From NCBI RefSeq assembly GCF_009914755.1, contig NC_060933.1: DNA of 64,000 nucleotides; one strand, 5' to 3'. Both the position numbers and the translations under genes were made by a program. Positions within the stretch are counted from its first letter, which is position 1; every line of letters begins with the position of its first letter. Origin of the DNA: the human T2T-CHM13v2.0 reference genome, Homo sapiens. The notes below the pieces were generated by a model. It made no database searches and was not told the DNA's origin. It worked only from the letters and a program-made list of their open reading frames with translations. Positions 28,367-45,770 of this stretch are shown here, piece after piece.

Positions 28367-28828
28367 TGTATTAGTTTCCTAAGGCTGCCATAACAAATTA
28401 CCATGAACTTGGTGGCTTAAAACAGAAATTTATTCTCTCACAGCTCTGGAGACCCGACATCCAGGATCAAGATGTCAGCAGGGTTGATTTCCTCTGAAGA
28501 CTCCAAGGGAGAATCCATTCCATGCCTCTTCCTGGCTTCTGGTGGATGCCAGCAGCCCTTGGCATCACTTGCCTTGTTCACACATCACTCCAATCCCTGC
28601 CACCGTCTTCACATGGCCCCCCTCTCCATATGTCTGTCTTCTCCTTTTCTGTCTCTTATAAAGACACTTGTCATTGGATTTAGGACCCACCCTAAAACCA
28701 GGATCGTCTCATCCCAAGATCTTTAATTACATCTGCAAAGACTATTTCCAAATAAGGTCATATTCACAGATACTGGTTAGGGCTTGGACATATCTTTTTT
28801 TGGGGGGGCACAATTCAACCCCTATACA
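28367..28828 (-). mobile_element. MLT1 (A/B-like) solo LTR
   Basis: tgtattagtttcctaaggctgccataacaaattacc...caacccctataca. Confidence 0.82.
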
Positions 28829-29095
28829 TAAATTGATGTATGCATCCCACTAGTGATGGAATTTCAGTGCTTTCCAGTTTTTCCATTACACAGAACACTG
28901 TAATAAGCATCCTTATTGTATCTCATTGAGCACATGGACAAGAATTTCTCTAGAAGTGGAATTTTTGGGGTTGAAGAGTAGATACATTTTTAACACCACT
29001 AAATATTGCTAAATATTTTTGCCAATTTGATGGATGTGAAATGGTAGCTCATTGTTATTTTAACTTGCATTTCATGATTAGACTAGTAAGACTAA

Positions 29096-29409
<314 letters not shown>

Positions 29410-29609
29410 AATTATCTTTTTCAAGTGTCTATTAGACATTTGGGTTTCCTCTTTGAATTTCTTTTGAAAATTCTAAATAGGTGGTTCTCTGTCAGGTAAT
29501 CCTGTCAGGGAACTAGGAATCTGGATGTTAAAATACTCACCAGGGGAGCCTGAGGCACAGCCCCATTGGGGCACACCCTGGGCACATCCTGCTATATTAA
29601 ATATAGTAG

Positions 29610-30608
<999 letters not shown>

Positions 30609-31201
30609 TGAATGTCAAGAAACCAAAAACTTATAACAATGTGTGTCTTTTTGAAAGCCATTTTACATACTTTTGGGGAACAAAATAGGCATAAATACAT
30701 ATTAAAATAATTTTACATTTTACCTTGTGAGATTTAAATAATATAAAACTTAGGTGAGTTAAGACCCTTACTTCAAAATCGACCTATTTGAAGATCCATA
30801 TATGATAACATCAGATCTATTGTTGATTTTTAACTGGAAGAAAATACTTCAAACATGAACTATTCAAAACATATCAGTGAAAATTATATTAATGCTAGAA
30901 AACAGGTCACTAGCTGTAGCCATTCAGGTACAGAAAAAATAAGATTGCGTTTTAAAATACAATACTATTTATTTTGAAATCACTATTATTGAGTTCAAAA
31001 ATGGTGCAAAAACCATTACATTTATTTAAGATCACCTGTATTTCGTTTAGTGGCTTTAAAGCAAAATTTATTTTCAAAAACTTTCACAGAATTTCTTAAA
31101 GGCAATTTTAACTTCTTATGGTTCCTGTTTTGTTCTTAAAACAACAGAAAAGCATGCTAATGCTTAATTCACTGTTGCTCCAATTCTTTCTCCAAGAATA
31201 T

Positions 31202-31315
31202 GATGGCCAACCAATTCATCCCAGTTTGCCCAGGACTGTCCAGGTTTTAAAACTGAAGTCCAGTGTCTTAGGAACCCCCTCAGTCCTGGGCAAACCAGGA
31301 CAGCTGGTCACCCTA
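31202..31315. mobile_element. MER81-like MITE
   Basis: tcccagtttgcccaggactg...cctgggcaaaccaggacagctggtcacccta. Confidence 0.7.
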
Positions 31316-32510
31316 GCAATGGGGCGGCCTCCTTTTGCCAATGTATGGAAGGAAGAGCCTATTAACAGCAAGTCTTTCTCATACCCTTTAAATTTCAAAG
31401 GCAGTCATATATCTGAAAGGTATTCCTAAGTGTTAGGAAACAATAAAATTCTGAATTTAGTTCACTTAATATCAGCCTGGATTTCATAATGGATTAGAGA
31501 GACTCTTCACACATCAATGTTCTTATTCTCTTCTAAAGAATTCCAGGAAAAGAGATTCCATAAAGCTATCTTTGAAATCCATTCTGCCATCCATAATCTT
31601 TTTAAAATATTAAGTTTAATCTACAATTATATCATTTTCCTTCTCAGCACCAAACTGAATAAAGAAATCTTAAAGATATGCTATCCACAGGAAATCAAGT
31701 AAAATTATTAAAGACCTCAAAATGGGTCACCAGAACAAAGTTAAAAGACAGTGAAAAACTTTCTTTTGACTTAGGGGGAGGGGAGGAAAAGAAGGCTAAA
31801 TTCTAAAATGTTAAGAATACTGGAAACTTTTTAGGATAGCGGGTCAAGCAAAGACCCTCAAAGCCTTGATTATAATCCATTCTATTCAGCACAATAATCA
31901 TAAATGAGTTCCTCAAAAGAAGGCAAAAACTAACATTTATTAGATGTCTACTGTATATTGGTTGCTCTCATGCTCAGTATTTTAATCTCCCTATATGCCT
32001 GTTGATCAATAGCATTTATCCATTTTACAGATGAAACAAATTAGACTCTGAGTCATTCACACTACACTGTGCTAGGTGTTGGGTGTGCAATAATAAACAA
32101 TAGAGCCATGGTTTCTGCTTTTGTTGAGCTTAGAATCTAGTGGGGGATGACAGACACAAGAACTCATTACAAAAATAATTACGAGTGACCCAGCTTGGGA
32201 GGAATCAAGGAATGCTTTCCTGAAAGCTGAAGAGTAAGAAGACAAAGGAGGAGGGAAGAGGTGGGGAGAGAAAGGAGAACAATTTTTTCTTTCTAGGCAG
32301 AGGAAATGGCACACAGAGGTCTTAAGATTAGAACACTCAGTTATGTGTCCAAGATTAACCCAATTTATAAGGGGCAGCTTGGGGTTCTCAGACCTGTGCT
32401 TTCTGACTCCAAAATTCATGTTCCCTCCACTGTAAGATAATGTGAGCCTTGGTGCTTCAATTCTAAAGAGGATGGTCCACAAAGGGGACCAAATTCCCAG
32501 TGGTGACACT

Positions 32511-32661
32511 CAGTGTCTCCCAAACTAGTTGATCAGAAGAATCACGTAAAGGGGCTTGTTAAAAAAAATAAATAGTCCCTAGGTCCCATCCCTACTGGGA
32601 AATCACATTTTAACAAATGCCCCAGGTGATTCTTAGGATCAGACAAGTTTGGGAGATGCTA
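32511..32661. mobile_element. MER5-like hAT-Charlie MITE
   Basis: cagtgtctcccaaact...agtttgggagatgct inverted ends. Confidence 0.7.
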
Positions 32662-33661
32662 AGTTATGGCTCCAGGAAACCTAAAACCCAAAACAATCGT
32701 TTACTTAACTGCAATCTCCTGGCCAATTTTAAGAACTGGGTAGAGTTCCTCGAAGTAATTTAGCCTCGCAAGAAGAAAAGGAATGGGTAAAAAATAAAAA
32801 CCTCTGGAGGTCAATCAGCCAGCCAGTCAAATAAAAATGCTGCCCCTCCTTTCTTCCGGGTTTCCTATGGGTTTTTACAGTCTCTCATTCTGGATTAAGT
32901 AATGTCTTCTTAGCATAGGTTATGTGACTTCTGTCAAAACAAAACTGATTCCCACACCAGGAGGCTCAGTAACACACTACTAATTTCCAGTCATCACTAA
33001 TTAAGGACTTGAGTAGACTCACGGAAGCAGCAAGATAATAAGAAACTACAAGCCTTGGCTTTCAGCTGGGAGAGGTTATGGATTTAGAATCCAAACAACC
33101 CGGGTTCAAATCCCAGACCTACCACTTACTAGACAAACATAGATAAATTAATGAACCTCTCTGAGCTGCATTTTCCCAAACTGCACATGGGGCTAATGAT
33201 TACCTCCATCGTAGACTTATTCTGAGGAATAGGTGAGATAATGGAGGGGGTGGCCTGACACTATCAGGTCATTAACAAATGTTTGTCAATGAATAATAAA
33301 ACAAGAGTGAATTTATAGCCCAGCAAGAGAGGGACTGTACTAATATGTAATCAGCAGTTAATAAAGACATATTAAATCTTAAAAAGAGACACTCACAGGC
33401 ACAAAGTACTGATTCTAAGCTATATTGCAGAAAAACAGGCCCTTCCCAGTGTACAGTGGATTGAATTACAGTTTGGTTCTCTGGGTAGGACGTTCTTAAA
33501 TGGGGGTGGAGTAGAAGGAGGGGGAGTGTTAATGTGCTAATTTTGTTCTTAGGTAATAGATTTCCTGGAAGCTGTAAGAACTGAATGCATGTTCCAAAAA
33601 TGATAGCAGACTACAGACTGAAGTGACACCAGCTCAAAGGCTGGTGGACTGGGGAGCAGAG

Positions 33662-33716
33662 TGTTGTTGTTGTTGTTGTTGTTGTTAGTGGTGGTGGTGG
33701 TGGTGGTGGTGGTGGT
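33662..33716. repeat. (TTG)n/(GTG)n compound trinucleotide repeat
   Basis: Read directly. Confidence 0.95.
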
Positions 33717-34204
33717 AGGCTTGTAGGGTTTATAGGTCATCTTAGTGATAATAATGTCATCCAATTTAAAAAGTGCTTTAAATGATTTCCCTTTACTAAG
33801 AGAGAGAAGACACAAGAAGAGAAGTTTAATCAAAGGTGCAGGGGGTGGAGTGGGAGACAACAGGGAAGGACAAAAAAAAATCACTGAGCCAGAGTCCAGG
33901 GTCACACAGACAGCAATCTTGCCTTAGAACTAAGGGGTGGAGACCACGGAAAGATGGAAACCAGCAGAGCTGACTGTGAAGACAGGACTGGTCACCTGAG
34001 AATTGCTGGATCCATGACTTTAGGACTAAGCATGCTAAAAACCAAGTTTGGGGCCATAACAGACATGACTCCCTTTCTCCACTAAGCTTAGAGAGGCCAC
34101 AGAATCTCTCAGAAGCACTGCAAATCAGCAAATGTCTACACAATCGGTAAAACTTATTTGATATCCAGGAATGTTCTGCTGAATCCCCTAATTAAGTCCA
34201 GAGT

Positions 34205-34572
34205 AGTATGGTCCGTTTTCATACTGTTATCAAGAACTGCCCCAGACTGGGTAATTTACAAAGGAAGAAGGTTTGACTCACAGTTCAGCATGGCTAGGGA
34301 GGCCTCAGGAAACTTAAAATCATGACAGAAGGGGAAGCAAGGCACCTTCTTCACAAGGCAGCAGGAAGGAGAAGTACCAAGCAAAAGGGGAAGAGACCCT
34401 TATAAAACCATCAGATCTCATGAGAACTCACTCACTATCATGAGAACAGCATGGGAGAAACTTCCCCCATGATTCAATTACCTTCACCTGGTCTCTCCCT
34501 TGACACATAGGGATTATGGGGATTACAATTCAAGATGAGATTTGGGTAGGGACACAAAGCCAGCCCATATCA
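34205..34572 (-). mobile_element. THE1 (C/D-like) solo LTR
   Basis: Minus strand begins TGATATGG...TGTGTCCCTACCCAAATCTCATCTTGAATTGT. Confidence 0.9.
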
Positions 34573-34982
34573 TAATGACATCAAGACTTGAGTTCAAATC
34601 CTAGTTCTGCATACCTTGGGCAAGTCACTCAACCTTTGTGAACCCATCCCCTTCTTTGTTTGGAAAACAGGAATAATAATTGCACCTCAAAGGATTTGTA
34701 AGAATTAATAAAATAACCTATAAAAACTCCCTAACACAGAAAAGTCCTCAAATGTGTTTGCTTCTCTACCACTCAAAACAAAAACAAAAGAGGCACTTTG
34801 TTTCTATTACGGTGAATCTGACTTCTTTGACAGGTATGGGCTTCGGAAAGCTGGTAGACAACTTATTCATGTGGGAAGATAAACTAAGAGTAGGTTTGCA
34901 TTGGTTTATAAATCTGCCAATATTACTGCTGCAGAATCTAAATCCAAGGCACCATGAGAAGAGGATACAAAACTCTATGTGA

Positions 34983-35366
<384 letters not shown>

Positions 35367-36177
35367 TAGTTACCAGAGTGAAAACATTCCAAATTTTATA
35401 CCTTAGTTTTGAAGAGAATTAAATGCATGATGTCATTCCTAGATTTTTATCCTACGATATTCTTACACAAGTACACAAAGACATATATACAAGGATATGG
35501 TCATTGCAGCTTTACATACAGTGGTAACACCCTGTAGGTAGCCAAGGGTGTGTCAATAGGGCATTAATTAAGTAAATGATGGTACATTTGTATTATGGAA
35601 TGTGATGTAGCCATGAAAAAGGATGCAGTAAATCAATATATAACGATACAAAACAATAGCTAAGTTATATTACTAAATTATATAAAAGGAACAGAATCGA
35701 GTGGATTATATTAAAACATTAGGTACATAAAAAGGGCTATTTATACAATATATACCTAGATATGTATACCTCTGGAAACAGACCAAGAAAACTGCTCCAG
35801 GTGGTTTGCCTCTGAGGAAGGGAACTATAGGTGGGATGTACTGGTCTACTATGTAAATTCATTATCACGTGCATGTTATTAAATTGCTAATCAATAAAAC
35901 TGGGATATACAGTAATAATAAAGATAAAAGTCCACATAGTATTAATAGTAATAGTTATATTGTTGGATACTTATTATGTACCATTGGGACTGTTCCAACA
36001 TTATCTCTCAACCCTCCTCTAAGGTGGGGGTTATTATACCCCATCATTCAGCTGAGGAAACTAAGGCTCAAAGAAGTTAAATCACTCACCCAAATGCACT
36101 CAGCTAGTAAGAAGCAGAGCCTGGGTTTGAAGGTGATTTTGGCCGACTCCAAATCCTGCGCTTTTTCTACACTGCAT

Positions 36178-36585
36178 TGTGGCAGATACTGGGGGGTGTT
36201 CACCGAAATCCATTTCCTCTTATTCCTGGACAAAACACTGGGCTACATTCCCCAGTCTCCCTGGCACTTGGGTGTGACCAGGTGCCTGAGTTCCAGCCAG
36301 TGGGATGGGACAGAAGTGACATGCACCACTTCCTGGGCTCACTTATAAAAACCTCCTGTATGTGCTCCTTCATGCTCTGTCCCCTTTTGCTGCCTGGGTG
36401 TGGGTGATGCAGAGACCCCAGAGAATGACAGAGCCACAGATGGACGGATCTTGCGCCCCTGAATGACGACCCTGCCAAGGTGAAAGTGGCGCATATCACA
36501 AGAGTAAGAAATAGACTTCCAGATGTTGAGAACTTACACATTTGGGCCTACTCGTTACAACCGTTTATCCTACTCAAGTGAATAC
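36178..36585 (+). mobile_element. MLT1 (I/J-like) LTR
   Basis: tgtggcagatactg start and agaagtgacatgcaccacttcctgg core. Confidence 0.65.
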
Positions 36586-36872
36586 ACACAGTGAACAAAG
36601 AAAACAAGAGACCAAGAAATGCAAAACCCCTTTGTGTTCAACAAATCAACATTGAGCAACTCCTGTGAGTCAGGCACTGTTCTAAGGGGCTGGGAATACA
36701 GAGATGAATAGCATGGTCCCTACCTGTGCAGTGGGAGACTCCCCGAGTACTTAAGCCCTACCTCCTCAGGCTAGGTCAGAGACATTTCAAAGCAAAGCGT
36801 GCGTGGCCAGTTTTCATTTGTTCACTGCTAGTCAGCCAGGGGTTCAGGACAGAAGACAAGAAAGGCTGGAAG

Positions 36873-37178
36873 GGGCTGGGCATGGTGGCTCACGCCTGTA
36901 ATCCTAACACTTTGGGAGGCTGAGGCAGGCAGATCACCTGAGGTCAGGAGTTTGAGACCAGCCTGGCCAACATGGCAAAACCTCGTCCTACTAAAAATAC
37001 AAAAATTATCTGGGTGTGGTGGAGCATCCCTGTAGTCCCACCTACTCAGGAAGCTGAGGCGGGAGAATCGCTTGAACCCAGGAGGTGGAGCTTGCAGTGA
37101 GTGGGATCGCGCCATTGCACTCCAGCCTGGGCGACAGAGTGAGACTCCGTCTCAAAAAAACAACAGCAACAACAAAAG
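36873..37178 (+). mobile_element. AluS-like
   Basis: Dimer. Confidence 0.92.
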
Positions 37179-37462
37179 AAGGGCCAGAAGGGATGGGACT
37201 CCGAGGGAGTGGAGTCTGGTCACTCTCCCAGGTGAGGGTAGGTGAAGACCCCTGCTGGACAGCCCCAGAGAAGACCCAGCAGTGTGACCCCACACAAAAA
37301 CAGCCTTTCCTAGAAGGAGGCCAGAGGACAGAGAGAGGAGAATAATAGGACTGGACTTGCTCCTGCTCATCATGGCACCGCTGGCCCCACCTTATACATT
37401 CTCACATTCTCCTGGGTCACAATCCCTTCCAGAGCACCTACTCTAGGCCAGGCATAGAGAAT

Positions 37463-37505
37463 CACACACACACACACACACACACGCGCACACACACACG
37501 CACAC
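37463..37505. repeat. Interrupted (CA)n microsatellite
   Basis: Read directly. Confidence 0.95.
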
Positions 37506-39565
37506 CAGAACACTATCTCTGTCCTCAAACTTCTTAGGGTTTAGTGAGAGACACGGCTCTTAAGCAAATCATTATCCCCCATGAAGAGCAACATATAGAG
37601 GGAGGGACACACCAAGGGCTCTGACAAGACAGGAAGAAGTGGCTCCTTCTGCAGGGCAGGTGAGGCTTCAAGATGGAGCTCATAACTGAGCTGGATATTG
37701 AAAGGGGCTCCAATTCAGCCAGCAGGGAGTCAGGGTAACAAAAGTTATTCCAGGCCAAGAGCTCTGTGTGAGCAAAGGTTGGTGGCACAACTACCTCGGG
37801 CTGTTAGGCCACAGCACAACAGGGGGTGGGGGCAGTGGCAAGCCTGGCAGGGGTGAGGCTGGCTAGGGAGGGCTTGAGGTGCTTTTCCAGGACATGAGCA
37901 AAAACTGAGTGTGAGAACATCAACTCCACAGCCCTCATCCCACCTGAGGTACCTTGTCCCCTCGGCCCCTGCAGACAAAGTTGTCATCCAGAGTCTCCTT
38001 TTAAATGTGACACCCCGAGGAAGAATCACAACCTGATTCATCTACCTGCTCATTACTACCCAGCAAAGGTCTTGGGATGGACTCAAAATGATCTTCCAGT
38101 AGGGCTGGACGAGTGTCTCTGAGGGGACAGAGGAATGAAGGAGACGGAAGGACAGACAAAAGGAATGTGATGAAAGGGTAGCAAAGGCCAGCGCTCCCCT
38201 CCTCAGGGCAGGAAGAACCTACCAGCCTTCATCCGGCTGTGTGTGCAGCATCGTGCCAGGGTGTGGAGGCAGACAGAGGGGTTCCTACCTTCGGGCGGTG
38301 TATGGTGTACACGGGCACAGGCTGCTGACCTCCCTGCCATTCAGCCTTGGCACGAAAAGCAATCACTGCTTGTCTTATGGAGAGGACAGGCTCCATAGGA
38401 GGGCAGCATGGTATCATGGAAGGAGCAGGCACCGTGTGATCAGAGACCAAGGGCTGAGAGGATAGTTCTACCTCTAACTGGCCAGTGTCTCGGGCACTCC
38501 ATTTCCTCACCTACAAAACTGACAGCACAGTCTCTGCTTGTCAGTGTTGCTGGAACTTTTTAAGCAAGAAAACTAATGCAAAAGCATCTATCCAGTGCCT
38601 GGCTTAGAGTGGACCCCATGGCTTGTTCCCTTCCCCTTAGGAGAGGGCGTGCATGTGAATAGTCTCTTTAGGATTTTACTTCCACACGGTCTGAATTTGA
38701 TTTAACTCTGTGTTTTCCTCCTCGGTGAGGCTGAAATATGTCATTGGTTACTTAATGGCCCTTCAAGCAATGAGGCCTTTATTAAATAGCAGCATGATAC
38801 CCAGGCAATGAGAATGCGAGCCGCACACAAATCTCTCCCCGCTGCTTTGGTGAAGAAAGCTTTCAGCTGCCCCCTGGGTCGCTGTCTCTCTCTGCCTGGA
38901 AGGAGATGCAAGAAAGGGGGCACCACTGCCTAGAGGGGACAAGTGAGATGGCCCTCTGTGGCTGGAAACCTGGAGATGCCTCTTTGGGCCACTCCCTCAG
39001 CAGAAAGGAGGAGGGTGGTCCCTAGAGAGGAGAGACACCAGCAAGCCTCGCTCTCCCCAGCACTGCTGCCGCCCCCCAGCCCAGCCCCTAGGTGCAGCAC
39101 GGGATGAAGGAGAAGGTGCTTGACCTGCCACCCACAAAGATTGTGTGACCAGGGACATGTCCTCTGGTCAGGCCTGATCAGGTACCTGGCCTGAAAAGTG
39201 GAACTAATGCTATTCCCCTACTCACTCAGAGGGTTGCGGGAGACTCAGTAAAGTGACAGCGGTGATTCTGCTGCCATTCTGCAATAAAGGACTCTTGAAT
39301 CCTACCTTGCTGTCTCTGCAGATTGACTCCATCACAAAGCATCACTTCAGTGCTTACTGGACACCAGCTGCTCGCCAGATGTTAGAGACTGAGGAGGAAG
39401 CAATGCTCTCTGCCCTCAAGGAGGGTGTCCCCACTTCCAACTCACCACTGCAACCCCTAAATACACTCCACACCATAGCCAGATGGGTCTTTCTAATATA
39501 CAAATCAGATTTTTCACACACAGACACACACACACATACACCCCTGTTTAAAACCTTCCAGTGTA

Positions 39566-40140
<575 letters not shown>

Positions 40141-40587
40141 CTAAACACCCAGTGTTCTCGCTTGCCACCATGCCACAATCCATGCTGAGCCCCTGCCCCC
40201 TGCTACCTTGCTCACCCCTCATCCTCCAGATCCAGCTCAGAGGTGCATCCTAGAGGAGAACCCCTCTGACCCTTAACCTAAGCCAGCCGTCCCTCCCCTC
40301 CTCCTTCCCTGTAACATCGCGCTTCCTACACCGGATAGTAATAAGCAGAGAGGGAGCTCTCCGGGGAAGGGACACACAGGGTGTCATTTCTTTGTTTGCC
40401 CGTGCTTGGCAGGGTCCATGGCACAAAGTAAGGGCTTAGAAAATGTTTGAGGAATGAATGAGAAAATTACTTCAGCCAATATTTATCAAAATCTGATTAT
40501 ATCGTCTATCAGGCATTGTGCAGTATGAGGATCCAATAATAACAATAATGAACAAGACAGATGTGGCCCTTGCACTTATTGAATTTA

Positions 40588-40929
<342 letters not shown>

Positions 40930-41441
40930 TCAAACAAGCAATCATCACAATAAAGTTGATTCATGCTATGATGGGGTCTGAAGGAGCACAAAGCAGGAGC
41001 ATCAACCCAAGGTGGGGAAGGAAGGAGCTGGGAAGGCTTCTTAAAGAAAGTGAGATTTAAGCTGAGACCTGAAGACAGGGGAAGTTGTAGGCAGGCAGAA
41101 AGAAGATCAGATAGTCTATCTAAAGATAGAAACACCTCACCAATCTGGAACACAGCTATCTCATGTATCCAGAAAGTAGCCAGAACCAGGAAAGAAGGCT
41201 TAAAGGCTACTTACAGCCAAAATATGTTAAAAAGGCCATGGCCCTTACTTGCCCAGAAGCCTCTCATTCACACAAGCCTTTCTCTACCTCCAGGCTGACC
41301 TCATCTTGCCTTCCTCTGTCACCCACCATATTTGTACATACTTCCAATAGGGCTCTTAGCAGCCCACAGTGGACTCATCAGCTACGTCTGCTTCCCCCAG
41401 CACAGAGCATCCAAGGCCACCATGTGTGGCTTTTTAAGTCA

Positions 41442-41766
<325 letters not shown>

Positions 41767-42092
41767 GAGTACCATGATGCTGTTCACAGGTAAACATCTT
41801 TAACACTTTAACATATGGAATATTTTTACAATTATAAGCTGTATAACAAATGGATTATTCATGATAACAAATGTAAGTTATTGTATAACATATTGTCATC
41901 ATGAAGGTACTTGTTGATTTAAACTGGGAATTGAGAAATATTTTGGTTTTGTAAACTAACATCAGATGATTTTATATTTGGGTGGTTTTTTTATTTACAA
42001 CAAGAATTTTCTGGCAATGGCAGTCATGTCTTATTTTAATAAGCCAGTATGTATTGTTCCCCTTTGACAAATTCAATAATCAAGAGACCATG

Positions 42093-42374
42093 TGCTGGGC
42101 ATTGTGGCTCACACCTACAATCCCAGCACTTTGGGAGGCTGAGGCAGGAGGATTGCTTGAGACCAGGAGTTTGAGCAACCTGGGCAATACAATAAGACTT
42201 TCGTCTCTACAAAAAAAAAAAAAAATAGCTGAGTGGGTTGGCATGAGCCTAGTCCCAGCTACTCGGAAGGCTGAGGTAGGAGGATGGTTTGAGCCCAGGA
42301 ATTTGATATTGTGCCACTGCCCTCCAGCCTGGGCAAGACAGCAAGACACCCTGGTCTCTTAAAAAAAAAAAAAA
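42093..42374 (+). mobile_element. AluJ-like
   Basis: Dimer. Confidence 0.9.
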
Positions 42375-44199
42375 GACCTTGTTGATGTAATCATATCTAA
42401 AATAGTCTGTGTTTCTAAATAGGGATCTGCTTTGACATTTGATAGATGATTGATGAGTCCCTTTAAATTTTTTTAAAAATCCCTCATTGGTATCAGATTC
42501 ACATTCATATTGTAATTCAATAATCTGCTGTTTGCTTACTGTGGCAGAATATTTTTGAATTTCAAGTTCAAATCAACAATACTATATAAATATTAATAAC
42601 CAACATTCATTTATCATTAATAATCCATTATTGTAACAAATTTGCTATTGATATGTAAGTACTATATTGATGAATTTAATATTCTTTCCTTGAGGAATGG
42701 GTCCCTTTTTCTAATTCACACAAAACATGATGGGCGAGTAGGGATCACAGGGATGGTGTCTGATAGTGATCACCCGTGCCTTGCACAGGCCTTGGGCCAC
42801 AGCAGACATTCAACACATATTTGTTGAATGAATAATAAAGAACTTCCAGGCCTCAATATATATGCTTTATTTTACCATACCTTCTAGAAATACTTCTGCA
42901 CAGTTAATGGAAAAGTGTTGCATACATTCTTAGAATAACAGTTCTTAGTGACCAGCTAAAGCTTATTAAACTGTCACACAGCAGGAACCACTTGCCTCTC
43001 CCTTCGTTCTCTAAACACAGAGCATTTTTCCAAAAAGAACGCCTTAGGAGGAAGAAGTTTTCATAGCTGTAATATATCATTAGAGGAACATCTTTGCAAC
43101 CTGCCTAGAGAGTCATAAAGTTTAGTAATTTCTAAGAAAATGCCATAAAAATCCAGTAAGATGGTAAGGTTTTGTGTAAGTAATCTCAAGCAGAGTCTGA
43201 GACTCCTTAAGTAAGGAACAAGTGCACAGGCTAAAGAAAGCTATGTTATCATGGAAAGTAAACCCTTCCAAAACCTAAGGCTTTTGGGCTTACAAACAGC
43301 TGGCTCTCTATTTCTGGACTGGGCTTCGCAATGCCAGAGACAGGCATGAGTTCACTGCCTGGAATCCCTTCATGTCATTTCCCTTTAAGGAAAACAGTCA
43401 TTTAGAAGGTAGAAAAAAAAATCAGCTCTAGAACCATTATTGATTCCACAGTTCAATTCAATCAGCATCTGTGAATGCCTTCTCTGTGCCAGGCACTGGA
43501 AGGACTCAGAGATGAAAAACAACATCTTTGTGATGATACTCACCCTGAGGCTGGGTATCTTACAGTCTATGGGAAGAGACAGATCATCTTAATCAATAAT
43601 CTTCCCCATCCACCACCATTCTGTCTGTCCCAGGGCCAACACCTCTCTCCTGAGGTTTATAATAGCATCCTAACTTGCCTCTCTGCCTCCACTCTTCAAG
43701 CCGTCTGTAAGCCATCCTCCATAAGGCAACCAGAGCGATCTTTTTAAAAGTGTAGTTATCTTGCTCCCTGTACATGTTGGCAGTGGTCTGGCCTCTGCAT
43801 GTGGTCCGGCCCCCGAGTGTCTGCTGGCAAGGCAAGAATCAGACTGGAAATTCCCATACCAAGCCAGGCCCTCTGAAATGCCACATCCTCAGTGGGTGAA
43901 ACTGGAAGCAAACCTTCTGTGTTTTGGCCTTGCCTCAGGAAAGGGGAAATAAAAGGAATAAGTCTCTGCTCAGAATGTCTAACCATGATACCTTCCTATC
44001 CAAGTATGGAGTCAGAATTCATCCTACACCTATAACCAAAAGAAAAGTCTAACACCAAAAAATGTAGTTTTAAGTGTTCTGGGTAGTAGAGCCCCCTGAG
44101 GCATCTGTATAAAAGGAAGATTCTAACTTGAAACCTAAGCCTCAAAGAATGATCAGCAAGTAAAGTTCCAAGGAACATAAGATCACCATCAAAAAAAAA

Positions 44200-45770
44200 A
44201 AAAAGGCCTAACACCTAAATCAGAATTCCAAAAAGACAGAAGAGAGTGGATGAGAGACAGTATTTCCATAATTGATAAGACACCAAACCTCAGAGACAAG
44301 AATCCCAACAAATCCCAAGAAGAATAAATCAGAAGAAATCCTCACCTAGAAATGTCTTACTGACAGCGAAGACATCTAAGACAAAGGGATTTTAAAAACA
44401 GCCAGAATGAAAGACATTTTACTAGCAGAAGAAAAAATTAGACTGACAACTGACTTCTCAACAGCAAAATGGAAATGAAAAAACAGTGGCATATCTTCAA
44501 AGCGCTGAGACCCTATAGCTATCAACTTAGAACAGTATGTACAGCAACACTATTTTTCAAGAACGAGGAGAAAATGAAGGTAATTTTGGACAAATAAAAA
44601 CTGAGTTTATTAAAACATACTTCCAAGAGAAAGGAAATGACCCCAGAAGGTAGGTCTGAGTTGTAAAATAGAATAGCAAACAAAGAAAATGGCAAATGTG
44701 GGTAACTCAAAAGGACACAGACTATATAAAATACCAATAACGCCTAATTTGTGAAGTTCAAAAAAGAATAAGATAGGACTAAAATATTGGACAACAAACG
44801 CATATATGTTGGAAGTGATGTGGCCAAAATGAAAAAGCATACTAAAGATCCTTGCATTGTTAAAAAGAGAATAAAGACAGTAACCTTAGGCTTTGTGAAA
44901 TTATACACACATATTAAATTTTCTAGGGTAATCAATAGAAGAATAAAAATAGAATATGTAACTTCCAGACTAGTGCAGGGAGAAAATGAACAAGAAAAAA
45001 AATCAATTAAAAAAGATATGAAATCACAATCACAGAAGAAATTTTTAACATAACTCTTAATAGATCAGACAAAAATCAGGGCTATAAAATTTATATAATA
45101 CAATTCACAAGTTAATCTAACACACATATGTAAAATATTGGACAAAAATCAGGGCTACAAAATTTATATAATGCAATTCATAAGTTAATCTAACATACAT
45201 ATGTAAAATATTGCTTTCAATAACTAGAGAATGCATGTTGTTTTCAAGCATACATGGAACATTTGCAAAAACTGACCATGTATTAGACCATAAAGCAAAA
45301 ACCTGCAAAAAAAAAAAAAAAAGATGGGAGGAAGGAGGAAGGAAAGAAAAAACATCCTCTAACCACAATGAAATTAAGTTAGAAATTAATAACAAAAAGA
45401 TAAGTAGAAATAACCTTATTTGCTTAGAAATGTTCTTGAAACACAAATCTAAATAACCCATGGGTCAAGGAAGAAATCTTCATGAAAATGTAAAATACAT
45501 AGAACTACAAGGTGATTTTTTAAATACTGCATAATAAAACTCATAGGTGTAGCTAAAGCAGTAGTTAGAGGCAAATTTGTAGTCTTGAGTGCTTTTATTA
45601 GCAAAGCAGCCAACTTAATATTGGAAAAAGAACAACAAAATAAACCTCAAAAAGTAGAAGAGAAGAAGTAATAAAGAGCAGCAAGCCATGAAATAGAAAA
45701 AAAGATACAATGGAGATGATCAATAAAGTCAAAAGTTGCTTCTTTGAAAAAACTAATCAAATTGAGATAC
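44200..45770 (+). mobile_element. Ancient L1M fragment (ORF1 end / ORF2 endonuclease region)
   Basis: A-rich; FSSIHGTFAKTDHVLDHK resembles the L1 endonuclease motif. Confidence 0.8.
45068..45213. repeat. 73-bp tandem duplication inside an old L1
   Basis: Two copies starting gacaaaaatcagggct, differing by 4 transitions. Confidence 0.9.

Noticed and set aside
33549-33905. ORF with poly-Thr/poly-Asn
   Set aside because: Translation of a (TTG)n(GTG)n microsatellite.
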